Origin: Macrostomum lignano
Taxonomy: Eukaryota
Direction: 5' to 3'
NCBI GenBank assembly: GCA_002269645.1
Contig: NIVC01001645.1
Span: 62,001-126,000, forward strand
DNA: 64,000 nucleotides
Shown: positions 1-13,707 of the stretch, one piece after another
Numbering within the stretch: position 1 is the stretch's first letter
Layout: each line of letters opens with the position of its first letter
Program-made: the position numbers and the translations under genes
Notes under the pieces: generated by a model
What the model was told of the DNA's origin: nothing
The model's input: only the letters and a program-made list of their open reading frames with translations
Database searches by the model: none

Positions 1-369
1 CTGTTCGCCTGCACTAGGCAATGAAGCCATCCTTCTGACCCTATCAAGGTCGGGTTTCTTCCCAGTGCTTCCCAGCAACTTCCACGTTGCTTTGCAAAGA
101 TCTCGAAGTTCTTTTTTTCCTGGACTAGTAGCTCGTATTACGCGTTGCGCTCCCCCCCCCCTGTTTCAACTCTCCCAGCAACAACGAAAGGCTGCCACCT
201 GATACGAAAATTATCAAGACAGAAATGAGTTACAGAATGGAAATTTTAAACTGTAATCTTTGGGTATTATTAAGAAACCGAAAATCTTTTTTAACGTTAC
301 CCAATAAAGCGACTAACCAGGAGGGCAGGAAATTCTGTCTATGAGGCTCGATAAGAAGGTATTATCGGC

Positions 370-620
370 ACCATCAGCATCAGTGGTGCCAAATGGGTGT
401 CAGTGGTGCCAAATAGGTGTCATTGGCGCCAAATGGGTATCAGTGGCGTCAAATGGGTGTTAGTGGCGCCAAATAAGTGTCAGTGGCGCCAAATGGGCGT
501 CAGTGGCGCCACATGGGTGTCATTGGCGCCAAATGGGTGTCATTGGCGCTAAATGAGTGTCAGTGGCGCCAAATGGGTATCAGTGGCGCCAAATGGATGT
601 CAGTGGCGCCAAATGGGTAT
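370..620. repeat. 20-bp minisatellite (CAGTGGCGCCAAATGGGTGT)n, followed by a short 40-bp repeat to about 705
   Basis: Direct reading of repeated units. Confidence 0.9.
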
Positions 621-1802
621 CAGAATATGCTAGATGGCTGTCAGAAAGCGCAAAATTCGTGTCAGAATATGCGAGATGGCTGTCAGAAAGCGCAAAATTT
701 GTGTCAACTACTCGACTTTTTGAGGCTGTTATAAAGCATCGAAAACTGCGACCCATATACCTTCACTAAGTGCTTGTCAGTCACGGTGAGAACTTCAAGT
801 CCGGTTTCTATTTGGCCATCTCCATCGACTCACTCCATGCCCACAATACTGAGCTTCATCTCAAATCAATGCTCAGTGTGGGACAAAATGATTTGCCAGC
901 AAAATCAAGCATAAATGACAGTCCCACAATCGGAGAGGCAATTGTCAACAATAAAAAGTTTTCAATACCGCGAAGATCGGCGGCACTGCTTTGACGGGGA
1001 GCGTTTGACAGTTGGGGGGGGGGGGGTTCTGGGACTGGGCTAAGTGGGATGAATTCCTCAAGAATTAAAAATCTCTAACAAAGCAACTTTCCTCTTTCTT
1101 TGACAGACGGACAGACAGACAGCGGGAAGCGGTTTCCCAGAAGGAAGCTGCCGGTCACCCCTCGCACAGATTGATATGCGGCAGACCGCCAGAGCCCCTT
1201 AAATAGAATTTTGGTCATATTGGCGTATTTAAAAAGAAGCATTTTTGAGTTTCAAATTGCCAGAATTAGGAGAGAGTGAAGACTGCATTGAGAAGAGTAG
1301 GATGAGTAAGTTGATGAAGTCTGCTGCGGCTGGCAAGTCTTCCCCAAAACCCGGATTTTTTTCATCTTTTGGTGCCACAAAGTCGGCAAACTGCAACTCC
1401 CTCTGCTTCTGCTCTCCAAATCTGAGATGGAGAGAGTTGGAGAGAGTAGTTAGGGTGGAGAAAGAGGCTTTGCCTCATCAGCTCATTGTGCTGTCACAAT
1501 CAACTGTTGCCCTGTGGGCAGCTGGGGAGAACTGTAGATGGCTCTAACTACAACCGTGTCCATTTTTTCTGCTTCTATATAATATTTCCTCTACTTTTTC
1601 TGTGCGTAATAAGACTGCATAGGCGACAAGACACTCGCGTCCTGAGTGGAGGACAAACTCTGTGTGCCATCCTGCATTGACAAGCTGTTGAGAGTGAGCT
1701 GGGGCTGCAGGCCATTGAGAAGCCTTGCTAAAGCTTTTGTCTGTTTTGATGGCCTGCAGTAGTCCTGCTTGCAACCGCTTAGCTCGCTTTGGCGAGAATT
1801 CA

Positions 1803-2660
1803 ACTGCAGATTGTAGGCTGAGAACTGCAGATTGTACAGGCTGAGAACTGCAGATTGTACACTGAGAACTGCAGATTGTACACTGAGAACTGCAGATTGT
1901 ACACTGAGAACTGCAGATTGTACACTGAGAACTGCAGATTGTGCACTGAGAACTGCAGATTGTACACTGAGAACTGCAGATTGTACACTGAGAACTGCAG
2001 ATTGTACAGGCTGAGAACTGCAGATTGTACAGGCTGAGAACTGCAGATTGTACACTGAGAACTGCAGATTGTACAGGCTGAGAACTGCAGATTGTACACT
2101 GAGAACTGCAGATTGTACACTGAGAACTGCAGATTGTACACTGAGAACTGCAGATTGTACACTGAGAACTGCAGATTGTGCACTGAGAACTGCAGATTGT
2201 ACACTGAGAACTGCAGATTGTACACTGAGAACTGCAGATTGTACAGGCTGAGAACTGCAGATTGTACAGGCTGAGAACTGCAGATTGTACACTGAGAACT
2301 GCAGATTGTACACTGAGAACTGCAGATTGTACAGGCTGAGAACTGCAGATTGTACACTGAGAACTGCAGATTGTACACTGAGAACTGCAGATTGTACAGG
2401 CTGAGAACTGCAGATTGTAGGCTGAGAACTGCAGATTGTACACTGAGAACTGCAGATTGTACAGGCTGAGAACTGCAGATTGTACAGACTGAGAACTGCA
2501 GATTGTACAGACTGATAACTGCAGATTGTACAGACTGAGAACTGCAGATTGTACAGACTGATAACTGCAGATTGTACAGACTGAGAACTGCAGATTGTAC
2601 AGACTGAGAACTGCAGATTGTACAGACTGAGAACTGCAGATTGTACAGACTGAGAACTGT
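1803..2660. repeat. 21/23-bp minisatellite (ACTGCAGATTGTACACTGAGA)n
   Basis: About 40 near-identical units; accounts for the overlapping repetitive ORFs at 1544-2936. Confidence 0.95.
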
Positions 2661-3498
2661 AGACTTTAAGCAGTATTTTACTAGTAGGCAGGTCAAAATG
2701 GTCCCACATCCTGCAATTGATGCTAGGCATGTGGTATAATAGCCCCTTCTGACTTTCATAAAATAAAGCACAGAGAGTGAGAGACTGCGAGAGAGATTTG
2801 AGCTCAATGTCGTAGAAAAAATTCCGACTGAATGTCGCTTTACTTGATTTCCGCCCAGCCCTTCAATATTCACCCCCCCCCAGAGTTTTGAGAGTCGCCG
2901 CCCATCCACCATGCAGTGTGCGAGTCGAGCCCGCATCCTGAGCTGGGCTGATGAAGAGCGCCATTCGCAACTTGCGAGAGATGGAGAGAGACGAGGTTCA
3001 AGAGGGACGCATTCAGACCCATTAGCAGTTTATTAGAATTAAACTTGACCCTCCCCCACTCTCTCCAAGGATTCCTCACTGCTCAGACAGGTGAAATACA
3101 AATTAAATGAAGGTGTAAATTCAAGTAATATGGCAATGATATTAGGCTATCATTATTATATCTCAGTATAGTGGGAGAGATGCGGGCACTTTCTAGAATT
3201 CTCTCTCTGACTCACTCAGATGTTCTAGAGGTCTGCTGTGTTTAGGTATGTAAAGTCTGCTTGGGTTATGGAGATGAGGGGCCTGAGAGCAACTGGACAC
3301 AACACAATGATTACCAAACTTTGATCATTCTCAGTCATTCGTTTTTAAAAAATGCTAACTGGCTAAGAAACAGGCTTAAAATAACGCCAGATTTCTGCGC
3401 CATCTCCTTGCTCAAATCCACCCAATAATTTGATTGACTAATTTCTCACCTGCCAGCTGGCCACCTCCACCCACCCCACCATCGCACCTGTCAGCCCC

Positions 3499-3532
3499 CA
3501 GCCAATGAGTGCTCAGCCTTCCAGCCAATGAG
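3499..3532 (+). promoter_or_regulatory. Tandem CCAAT boxes upstream of Six3/6
   Basis: Two AGCCAATGAG motifs about 22 bp apart, roughly 300 bp upstream of the ATG. Confidence 0.45.
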
Positions 3533-3809
3533 CTGTCGCCGCTGACGAGGCAGACGGCAACTCAGCGGGGCGCCAGGCGGTGAGCAGGGGATTGGGGCGG
3601 GTGGGGCAGCGGGCCACGGGGTTAAGAGGCTCGACATCCTCAAACTTCCTTTTAAAAAAATCTGTCGCTTATCCAAGCCCCAGAATCTTCTCCTCATCAG
3701 TTAGCCAAGTCTCTGTGGCAGCCGGAATACCCAGAAGAGCAGCGAACTGGATCAGCGCAGTCAGCAGCAGCAGCAGGCGTCGGCGTTGGCCGCCCTGTTC
3801 CACGAGATC

Positions 3810-6800
3810 ATGCGAGAGCGGAAGCTTGCCGCCGTGGCTGCGGCAGCCGCTCCTGGAAGCAGCAATCCGTTTAGTCTGCTCATGGAGCAGCAACAGCCGC
3901 AGCCGCCGCCACCGCCGCCGCCCGCGATGCTTCTCCCGCCACCCCCGCCGCCGCCGCTACCGTCGCTGCAGTTCGGGCCGGAGCAGGTTGGCCGCGTCTG
4001 CGAGACCTTGGAAGAATCCGGCGACATCGACCGGCTGGGCCGCTTCCTCTGGTCGCTGCCGGCCAACCCGCTGCTGTGGGAGGCGCTGAACCGGCACGAG
4101 TCCGTGCTGCGGGCCCGTGCCATCGTGGCCTTCCACACCGGCAACTACAGGGAGATGTACCACCTCATGGAGATGCACCACTATGGCAAGGAGTCGCACG
4201 CCAAGCTGCAGGCCATGTGGCTGGAGGCGCACTACTTGGAGGCTGAGAAGCTCCGGGGCCGCTCGCTGGGCCCGGTGGACAAGTACCGGGTGCGGAAGAA
4301 GTACCCGATGCCCAGGACCATCTGGGACGGAGAGCAGAAGACGCACTGCTTCAAGGAGCGAACCAGAGGCTTGCTGCGCGAGTGGTACCTGCAGGACCCG
4401 TACCCCAACCCGGCCAAGAAGAGGGAGCTGGCTGCGGCTACTGGCCTGACGCCCACCCAGGTGGGCAATTGGTTCAAGAACCGGCGACAGCGGGACCGGG
4501 CCGCCGCGGCTAAGAGCAGGTGAGCTGACCAGTTATAGCGGTTGCTATGTGCTTGGGATCTGAGGGATCTCAGCTTGGGGTCTGAGGGATCTCAGCCTGG
4601 GGTCTGAGGGATCTCAGCTTGGGGTCTGAGGGATCTCAGCCTGGGGTCTGAGGGATCTCAGCTTGGGGTCTGAGGGATCTCAGCTTGGGGTCTGAGGGAT
4701 CTCAGCTTGGGGTCTGAGGGATCTCAGCTTGGGTCTGGGGGATCTCAGCTTGGGGTCTGAGGGATCTCAGCTTGGGGTCTGAGGGATCTCAGCTTGGGTC
4801 TGAGGGATCTCAGCTTGGGGTCTGAGGGATCTCAGCTTGGGTCTGGGGGATCTCAGCTTGGGGTCTGAGGGATCTCAGCTTGGGTCTGGGGGATCTCAAT
4901 TTCAGGTCTGGTGGGATCTCAGCTTCAGGCCTGAGGGATTTCAGCTTCAGGTCTGGGGGATCTCAGCTTCAGGTCTGGGGGATCTCAGCTTCAGGTCTGG
5001 GGGATCTCAGCTTCAGGTCTGAGGGATTTCAGCTTCAGGTCTGGGGGATCTCAGCTTCAGGTCTGGGGGATCTCAGCTTCAGGTCTGAGGGATTTCAGCT
5101 TCAGGTCTGGGGGATCTCAGCTTCAGGTCTGGGGGATTTCAGCTTCAGGTCTGGTGGGATCTCAGCTTCAGGTCTGGTGGGATCTCAGCTTCAGGTTTGG
5201 GGGATCTCAGCTTCAGGCCTGAGGGATTTCAGCTTCAGGCCTGAGGGATTTCAGCTTCAGGTCTGGGGGATCTCAGCTTCAGGTCTGGGGGATCTCAGCT
5301 TCAGGTCTGGGGGATCTCAGCTTCAGGTCTGAGGGATTTCAGCTTCAGGTCTGGGGATCTCAGCTTCAGGTCTGGGGGATTTCAGCTTCAGGTCTGGTGG
5401 GATCTCAGCTTCAGGTCTAGGGGATCTCAACTTCAGGTCTGGTGGGATCTCAGCTTCAGGTCTGGGGGATCTCAGCTTCAGGTCTGGGGGATCTCAGCTT
5501 CAGGTCTGAGGGATTTCAGCTTCAGGTCTGGGGGATCTCAGCTTCAGGTCTGGGGGATTTCAGCTTCAGGTCTGGTGGGATCTCAGCTTCAGGTCTAGGG
5601 GATCTCAACTTCAGGTCTGGTGGGATCTCAGCTTCAGGTCTGGGGGATCTCAGCTTCAGGTCTGAGGGATTTCAGCTTCAGGTCTGGGGAATTCGGGTTT
5701 CGCTACTAAAGGGGTGTCTTTCAGATTGTTTCGATTTAAAGGATGCCATTTTTTCGGATTTGAGGATCGTCCTAAGGGAAAAGATTTTTGGGAACTATGA
5801 AACAGCATTTAAAATATGAAATGTGGGATTTTGAAATTAGATCAGGAAGATAATCTATTCTTTCAGAGCAGGCACCAGTTTGTCGGGCGCGTGTCTCAGA
5901 CCTTGGCTCCAATATAACTGCGCAGTTGTTGTGTCAAGACGGCACCAGAACTGCTGCAAATTGGTCTTCTCTCTTTTCCTTCACAATTCACTCATTCAAT
6001 TCACTCACACATTCACTCGCCAACACGCTGGCTGTCTATCCAATGCTCTCAACTCTTGGGGGATCTTGCCACACGACAGCGGGGGCCAACTGATTCTGGA
6101 GCACAATTGCTTGTCGGCGCCACAGAGTCTGCGCCGCCTCATCACTCCCAGTCTCCTACTCCGCCTCATCTGGGCAGTGCCGCCATGTCAGTATATATCT
6201 CAAGTGGGCCTCCGACGCACAACCACCCCAAGTGCCGGGCGCAGGTCTATTACCATTTTTTGCTGCTTCTAGCAGACAGAGGTGAGGGAGGGAACACCAA
6301 GAATAATCCACTTCTGTCTCCTTTCATGAAGGACTCATTTCTGTGTGCGTGTTTTTTTAGTCCGGGCCCTCACCGCGAGCCAAATCTGCTCAGTGGGGGG
6401 CCCTCAGCTTGAAGGGGGGTGTTGGTGGTTAGTTTAACAACATCTAATATACTGGCGATCATCGGTCTCAATGCAGCATCAAGTGATGCTTGTTCACCGG
6501 CCTCGCTACCAGATGATGATGAAGAGAGGATAGATTTAGATTGAGAGGCATAAAAGCCCAAACAGAGAATGCTGGTGACGGCCCATTGTCTTGCGAGAGA
6601 TGAGAGAGAATTAGAAACAGATGATGGAAATTCCTGGCTGGCGTTAATGACCCTAATTGACTGGAGAGCTGGGCATTGAGTCCGAGTTTATGACGCGGGG
6701 GACAGGCTGTCAGTCACGGGCCTCCCGCTGAGCAATGTTGTGAGGCAAAGTGCTACACAGCTACACACGCATAGATATGTAATCATTGTAGAGCATAATT

Positions 6801-9396
6801 GTTGAGTACGGTAGTTGCCATCTGATGCCGCAGCGGGGTTGCCAATCCGGCCCACCGTCCGCTCCGTGTCTAACACGAAAGCTGACTTGTTTAACACCAG
6901 CTGTAATTAAGATTCTAGTTTTTGCAAAGCCAAGGCATTGTGAAACAACTTTTCAAGCAAAGCTGCTTTGGGGTTCTTCACTTCAAAGTTTTCTCAAGTT
7001 TCTTCTTTGAGAACCAAAATCTGGCGCTTTGAATTTGAGATTAGGACTCAGCAGAAGGCGTTGATTTTTATTGACAAAGAGGCGGCAGGGGTGGATGCGC
7101 AGCGGGGGGGATAGAGAGTGGATTCGCGGATGTGAGGGCCGGATAGAGAGCGGATTTGTGAATGTGGTGAGCGGATAGAGAGCGGATATGTGAATGTGGG
7201 GAGCGGATAGAGAGCAGATTCGTGAATGTGGGGAGCGGATAGAGAGCGGATTTGTGAATGTGGGGAGCGGATAGAGAGCGGGTTTGTGAATTTGGGGAGC
7301 GGATAGAGAGCGGGTTTGTGATGTGAGGGGCGGATAGAGAGCGGATTTCTGATGTGAGGGGCGGATATAGAGCGGATTCGCGGATGTGAAGGGCGGATAG
7401 AGAGCGGATTCGCGGATGTGAGGGGCGGATAGAGAGCGGGTTTGTGAATGTGGTGAGCGGATAGAGAGCGGGTTTGTGAATGTGGTGAGCGGATAGAGAG
7501 CGGGTTTGTGAATGTGGTGAGCGGATAGAGAGCGGGTTTGTGAATTTGGTGAGCGGATAGAGAGCGGGTTTGTGAATTTGGTGAGCGGATAGAGAGCGGG
7601 TTAGCGGAGGACCCGACGGCAGCAATTGCATATAGAGAACAATGAGCACTAGTTAGAGCTAAATAGGGACTGAGCGAGCGGGAAGGCAGGACAAGAACAC
7701 ACAGGAAGCCGCAGCTGATCAATGTCGAGTCAAAACAAGCCAGAAAAGCTCTGGCCAACCCCCAAGCAGGGGGTGCAGACGCAGGCACTGGGGGGGGAGT
7801 CAAAGACCTACCTGACAACAGGATCCATGTCTCAAAAAAGTGATACTGCACCAAATAATGCTTTTTTCTCCCTAACACCACTGACGCCTCTTCCAGTCTC
7901 TCCCGGGCTCTTCATCTCCTCCCGCTCATTGAGGGTCACTTCCCTTCTCTCTTTCTGGCATATTTCTACTCGTACAATAACTCCACCCTCAGAGACTTCC
8001 TCACAGCGGGACCCCCCAAAAAGGCGGATCTTTGCGTGTCTAACAGTCTAAGCTATCCGCTATTGTTCAGCTTTTTTTCCCAATGCTATCTCCCCTGCAT
8101 CAGCCGCGCCAGCCTCTTTCTCACCCGTGTAGTGCGGAGTCGGATTACCGAAAATCTTTTCCCGCGCGCAGCTGTTCAAGGCTGATCCTCAGGGCTGTGG
8201 AAGCCATGCTTTATTAAATACTGCTGTAGGCTTTTTTCCTGGGTTTCAAAAAATCAACTGGGAAAATGTGCTAACCCGTGACTGAACTTGAGAATGACTC
8301 CTCGAGATATCATCATCTTCCCAAGAATCTCACCGACTCCAAAAGAATCTCACTATCTTCCCAAGAATCTTACTATCTTCCCAAGAATCTCACCGACTCC
8401 AAAAGAATCTCACTATCTTCCCAAGAATCTCACTATCTTCCCAAGAATCTCACTATCTTCCCAAGAATCTGACCGACTTCCCAAGAATCTCACTATCTTC
8501 CCAAGAATCTCACCGACTTCCTAAGAATCTCACTGACTTCCCAAGAATCTCACCGACTCCCCAAGAATCTCACCGATTTCCCAAAATATCATCATCTTCC
8601 CAAGAATCTCACCGACTCCCCAAGAATCTCACTATCTTCCCAAGATATCATCATCTTCCCAAGAATCTCACTGACTCCCCAAGAATCTCACCGACTCTCC
8701 AAGAATTTCACTGACTCCCCAAGAATCTTACCGACTCTCCAAGAATCTTACCGACTCTCCAAGAATCTCACTGACTCCCCAAGAATCTCACTGACTCCCT
8801 ATTAATCTCACTGACTCCCCAAGAATCTCACTGACTCCCCAAGAATCTCACTGACTCCCCAAGAATCTCACTGACTCCCCAAGAATCTCACTGACTCCCC
8901 AAGAATCTCACTGACTCCCAAGAATCTCACCGACTCCCCAAGAATCTCACCGACTCCAGAAAAATCTCACCGACTCCAGAAGAATCTCACCCCTTCCTCG
9001 AAGCGACATCTTGAAAAAACCTCACCAAGTCAAACCCGAACGCCCACCACCATCACAACAATTCCAAGGGTGCACAACTTGTCAGACTCGAACTGCGAGG
9101 GTCCGTCCAAGTCGGACGACGAAGAATTCTACGACGTGGTGGACGACGTCGATGTCGACGATGACGGATTCGGCGAGGCGGACGGCGCGGACAGCTGGCT
9201 GGACGTGGAGTCAGACGGCGACGACGAGATAAAGGTCGCATCGGACTGCCGCGGTCAGCAGCAGCGGCCGATCGACTGCTCGTTGAAGCGAAGGCACAGC
9301 CGGGATTCGACGGAAGCAGACGAGGCTCCGAGTACGTCGGTGAGTCGCAAGCGCAGCCGCCCACATGAGGGATTTAAAGCCATTCGCAACAACTGA
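3810..9396 (+). CDS. six3/6: Six3/6 (Optix-class) homeobox transcription factor; exon 1 3810-4519, putative exon 2 9069-9396 (about 345 aa)
   Basis: SIX domain [30 protein letters not shown]; homeodomain begins QKTHCFKE, diagnostic of Six3/6. Phase-2 donor AG|GTGAG at 4520 lies in AAAAKS-R, the conserved Six3/6 intron position. Acceptor TTCCAAG at 9068 restores the frame ([10 protein letters not shown]) into an acidic tail. Exon 1 is near certain; exon 2 about 0.55. Confidence 0.93.
4553..5690. repeat. 22-bp minisatellite, two sub-arrays (GGGATCTCAGCTTGGGGTCTGA, then GGGATCTCAGCTTCAGGTCTGG), in the Six3/6 intron
   Basis: Direct reading; unit type switches near 4900. Confidence 0.95.
7110..7605. 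repeat. 32-bp minisatellite (GCGGATAGAGAGCGGGTTTGTGAATGTGGTGA)n
   Basis: Direct reading. Confidence 0.9.
8310..8990. repeat. 20-bp minisatellite (CCCAAGAATCTCACTGACTC)n
   Basis: Direct reading. Confidence 0.92.
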
Positions 9397-9659
9397 CCGG
9401 CGTGCGATGCACATCGCCACGGGTGGACGAGAAACTAGTCAACTGGACACCGCGTCATCAAGGTCATCTACTTTAACCGCGACTGATTAGTTTAAAAAGA
9501 TTGTGTTGTTTTCCTTAATTTGTCTCTCAGATTTTGTTTCACTTTTGTTTGGCTTTTGTAATTTTTGCTTTTCTATTGAATCCACCTCGTTTTCTATTCA
9601 GTAGACAGTGATGTTTCTGCTAATTTGTATGGTAGAAAATTTTATACTATCTGCCAAGT

Positions 9660-10710
9660 CGGGTAGACAGCAGATAGAAGAGGGTGAGGGAGATGGAGAG
9701 ATGCAGAGTGTCGGGTAGACAGGAGATAAAGAGAGATGCAGAGTGTCGGATAGACAGGAGATAGAGAGATGCAGAGTGTCGGGTAGACAGGAGATAAAGA
9801 GAGATGCAGAGTGTCGGATAGACAGGAGATAGAGAGATGCAGAGTGTCGGGTAGACAGGAGATAAAGAGAGATGCAGAGTGTCGGATAGACAGGAGATAG
9901 AGAGATGCAGAGTGTCGGGTAGACAGGAGATAAAGAGAGATGCAGAGTGTCGGATAGACAGGAGATAGAGAGATGCAGAGTGTCGGGTAGACAGGAGATA
10001 AAGAGAGATGCAGAGTGTCGGGTAGACAGGAGATAAAGAGAGATGCAGAGTGTCGGATAGACAGGAGATAGAGAGATGCAGAGTGTCGGGTAGACAGGAG
10101 ATAAAGAGAGATGCAGAGTGTCGGATAGACAGGAGATAGAGAGATGCAGAGTGTCGGGTAGACAGGAGACAGAGAGAGATGCAGAGTGTCGGGTAGACAG
10201 GAGATAGAGAGATGCAGAGTGCCGGGTAGACAGGAGATAGAGAGAGATGCAGAGTGCCGGGTAGACAGGAGATAGAGAGAGATGCAGAGTGCCGAGTAGA
10301 CAGGAGATAGAGAGATGCAGAGTGCCGGGTAGACAGGAGATAGAGAGAGATGCAGAGTGCCGAGTAGACAGGAGATAGAGAGATGCAGTGTGCCGGGTAG
10401 ACAGGAGATAGAGAGAGATGCAGAGTGCCGAGTAGACAGGAGATAGAGAGATGCAGTGTGCCGGGTAGACAGGAGATAGAGAGAGATGCAGAGTGCCGAG
10501 TAGACAGGAGATAGAGAGAGATGCAGTGTGCCGGGTAGACAGGAGATAGAGAGAGATGCAGAGTGTCGGGTAGACAGGAGATAGATGCAGAGTGTCGGGT
10601 AGACATGAGATAGAGAGAGATGCAGAGTGCCGGGTAGACAGGAGATAGAGAGATGCAGAGTGCCGAGTAGACAGGAGATAGAGAGCTCCAGACTGTCGGG
10701 TAGACACGGA
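9660..10710. repeat. 33/35-bp minisatellite (GATGCAGAGTGTCGGGTAGACAGGAGATAGAGA)n with a 68-bp dimeric higher-order repeat in its 5' half
   Basis: Alternating CGGGTAG..ATAAAGAGA and CGGATAG..ATAGAGA units from about 9700 to 10150. Confidence 0.93.
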
Positions 10711-11224
10711 AAACATACCCGTAATAAAAGTCAGTGGTTCAGATTAGCAGATGAAAACTGGAACACATTTTCCTGGAAGTGCCGCAGAAGCGGTCAGCTG
10801 GGAGTTTCAACCAGAGACAATTGCGCCCGCCCTCCCCATTGTGTTCGCACTCAGATCCCATCGTTAAGCAATGGGATTCGAACATGACCCTACACATCAG
10901 ACTGTGAATTGTGACGCACTTTGTACTGTAATTTGTACCCCTCCCCTTGCTGTGTCTGGTACTTGATAAAGAAAAAACTGTGCAAATTTAATTTTAAGAA
11001 TATATTACGACAAATATTCATCGCAGCGGATACTGCGGAATTAGTGGATGTATTCAGGTGATACCTGTTGTCTATAAAAAAACAAAATCAAGATAACGCT
11101 TTTTCAAAAAAACGTAGTCAATCATTTCCTGATCCTTAAACAAACAGTACAAAAGTCTAAAGAAACATCAGAGCGCATGCTTCAATTGTTGTAACATTTA
11201 AGTTTTTTGTAGAATTCAGTTAGT

Positions 11225-11630
11225 GGCATCAGCGACATGAGTGACATCAGTGATCAGTGAGATCAGTGCCATCAGCGACATGAGTGACATCAGTGATCAG
11301 TGACATCAGTGCCATCAGCGACATGAGTGACATCAGTGATCAGTGACATCAGTGCCATCAGCGACATGAGTGACATCAGTGATCAGTGACATCAGTGCCA
11401 TCAGCGACATGAGTGACATCAGTGATCAGTGACATCAGTGACATCAGTGACCTCAGTGGCATCAGAGATATCAGTGACATGAGTGACATGAGTGACATGA
11501 GTGACATGAGTGACATGAGTTACATCAGGGGCATGAGTGACACAAGTGACATGTGATTCACATGAGTGACATGAGTGACATGTGAGTCACATGAGTGACA
11601 TAAGCGACATGTGAGTCACATGAGTGACAA
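11225..11630. repeat. 9-bp-based repeat (AGTGACATG/C) with a 43-bp higher-order unit
   Basis: GCCATCAGCGAC recurs at 11268, 11311, 11354 and 11397. Confidence 0.88.
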
Positions 11631-12359
11631 CTCCCAGTTTTATTTACTGCATGAAGCGATGCAGATGAATTGATGGTGCTCGGAAGGCAGCTGGGGGAGA
11701 TTAACCCAAGGTGCCTCCATTGACAACCCCGATACAAAAAAATTGAGCCGGGCCATTTGAGGAAATTTGTTTAGAAAACAGCCGCAGGTGCAACCAATCA
11801 GGATCGGGGCAGTCCCCGCTGCTATCAGCAATTAGCGATTGACTTTGCCCATCCCTACTGGAAAAGAATCAATCACTGTGCTAAAAATGATCCAGACTAA
11901 AAAAGGAAAAAATCTTAGGTTTTCAATCGTACAGAGAGTCTAATCTAAGTGGAAGCCAGTGTCTCGGCAATTTTCCATCTCGGCAGCTTTTAAAGAAAAG
12001 ATTGCCCCGTTTAGCCCGCGTCAATTAGGCAAATTTGTTGTAAAGCCGGCGCACCTGCAATCTGCGGATTTCGCTTTGAGTTGATTGGCCGGTCAACAAG
12101 AAGGAGATGGCGGCGATTGAAAGATCAGAACCAGCTTTTAGGGTTCGCCGGCCTCGGTTGTTTCTCTGTCCGCGAGAATTTGTTTATAGATAATTTATTT
12201 TTCAATAAAAATTTGCCCCACGATTACGTTTGTATTGGGTTCTAAATCCGATAATTACTCGATCGCTCTTCTAGAGATTTAAGCGATGCAAATTGGAGCA
12301 AATGTTTTGTCAGTCTGGGCCGGAAAAAATTGCCCCACCTTTTTGAGTCAAAACAGGTG

Positions 12360-13295
12360 CATTGGCGCCAAGTTGGATTTTAGGGGCGCCAAATTAGATT
12401 TTAGGGGCCCAAGTTGAATTTTAGGGGTGCCAAGTTTGATTTTAGGAGCGCGAACTTCGATATCAAGGCGCCAAATTAGATTTAAAGGGCGCCAAATTGG
12501 ATATCAAGGCGCCAAGTTGGATATTTGGGGGCGCCAAGTTTGATTTTTGGGTGCGCCAAGTTGGATTTTAGGGGCGCCAAGTTTGATTTTTGGGTGCGCC
12601 AAGTTGGATTTTAGGGGGTGCCACACAAGCTGGATTTTCGGGGGTGCCAAGTTGGATTTTAGGGGCGCCAAGTTTGATTTTTGGGTGCGCCAAGTTGGAT
12701 TTTAGGGGGTGCCACACAAGCTGGATTTTCGGGGGTGCCAAGTTGGATTTTAGGGGCGCCAAGTTTGATTTTTGGGTGCGCCAAGTTGGATTTTAGGGGC
12801 GCCACACAAGTTGGATTTTCGGGGGTGCCAAGTTGGATTTTAGGGGCGCCACACAAGTTTGATTTTTGGGTGCGCCAAGTTGGATTTTAGGGGGTGCCAC
12901 ACAAGCTGGATTTTCGGGGGTGCCAAGTTGGATTTTAGGGGCGCCAAGTTGGATTTTAAGGGCGCCAAGTTGGATTTTAGGGGCGCCAAGTTGGATTTTA
13001 GGGGCGCCACACAAGTTTGATTTTTGGGTGCGCCAAGTTGGATTTTAGGGGCGCCACACAAGTTGGATTTTCGGGGGTGCCAAGTTGGATTTTAGAGGCG
13101 CCAAGCTGGATTTTAAGGGCGCCAAGTTGGATTTTAGGGGCGCCAAGTTGGTTTTTCGGGGCGCCAAGTTGGATTTTAGGGGCGCCAAGTTTTTTTAGGG
13201 CGCCAATTTGGATATCAGGGCGTCAAGTTTGATTTTAGGGGCGCTAAGTTGGATACCAGGGGCGCCAAGTTTGATTTTAGGGGTGCCAAAATGAA
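12360..13295. repeat. 21-bp-based minisatellite (GGCGCCAAGTTGGATTTTAGG)n
   Basis: Direct reading. Confidence 0.92.
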
Positions 13296-13421
13296 TGTCA
13301 ATGGCGCCGCAAATAACTCGCGCGTTGACTTTGCCCGACAACAAAACGTTTCAGTGAAGGACAGGGCACAGACGCGTTGGTTGGAAATTTACAGCAGCTG
13401 ATTTCACAGCGTCAAGAGCAG

Positions 13422-13526
<105 letters not shown>

Positions 13527-13707
13527 GACGTTTGGAGAGTCAGCCGGGGGGCGCACGGAGAGAGTGAGAGAGTCACGCCAATATAGATAACAGTGAGCAC
13601 GCGCAGTTGCCAGTCGCTTTAGATAACAACAGTTGTGAAGCAAATCCGCTAAAGCAGAAGATTAGACGCACACACACACAGCGCGAAGCAACTCACTGAG
13701 CACGAGC

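Noticed and set aside
1544-2936. Long Cys-rich ORFs on both strands (up to 379 aa)
   Set aside because: Translations of the 21/23-bp minisatellite; open in several frames, with no domain or splice context.
3957-4477. Antisense and alternate-frame ORFs over Six3/6 (likewise over MATE, HS3ST, CAAP1 and anosmin exons)
   Set aside because: Shadow ORFs of GC-rich coding sequence.
5918-6412. Pro/Ser/His-rich ORF as a middle Six3/6 exon
   Set aside because: No homology. A direct 4519-9069 splice gives the expected KSR-V join without it. Cannot be fully excluded.
10740-10960. Possible minus-strand SINE relic (GTTCGAATCCC B-box-like)
   Set aside because: No convincing A-box; similarity to the 55.8-kb SINE is too short.
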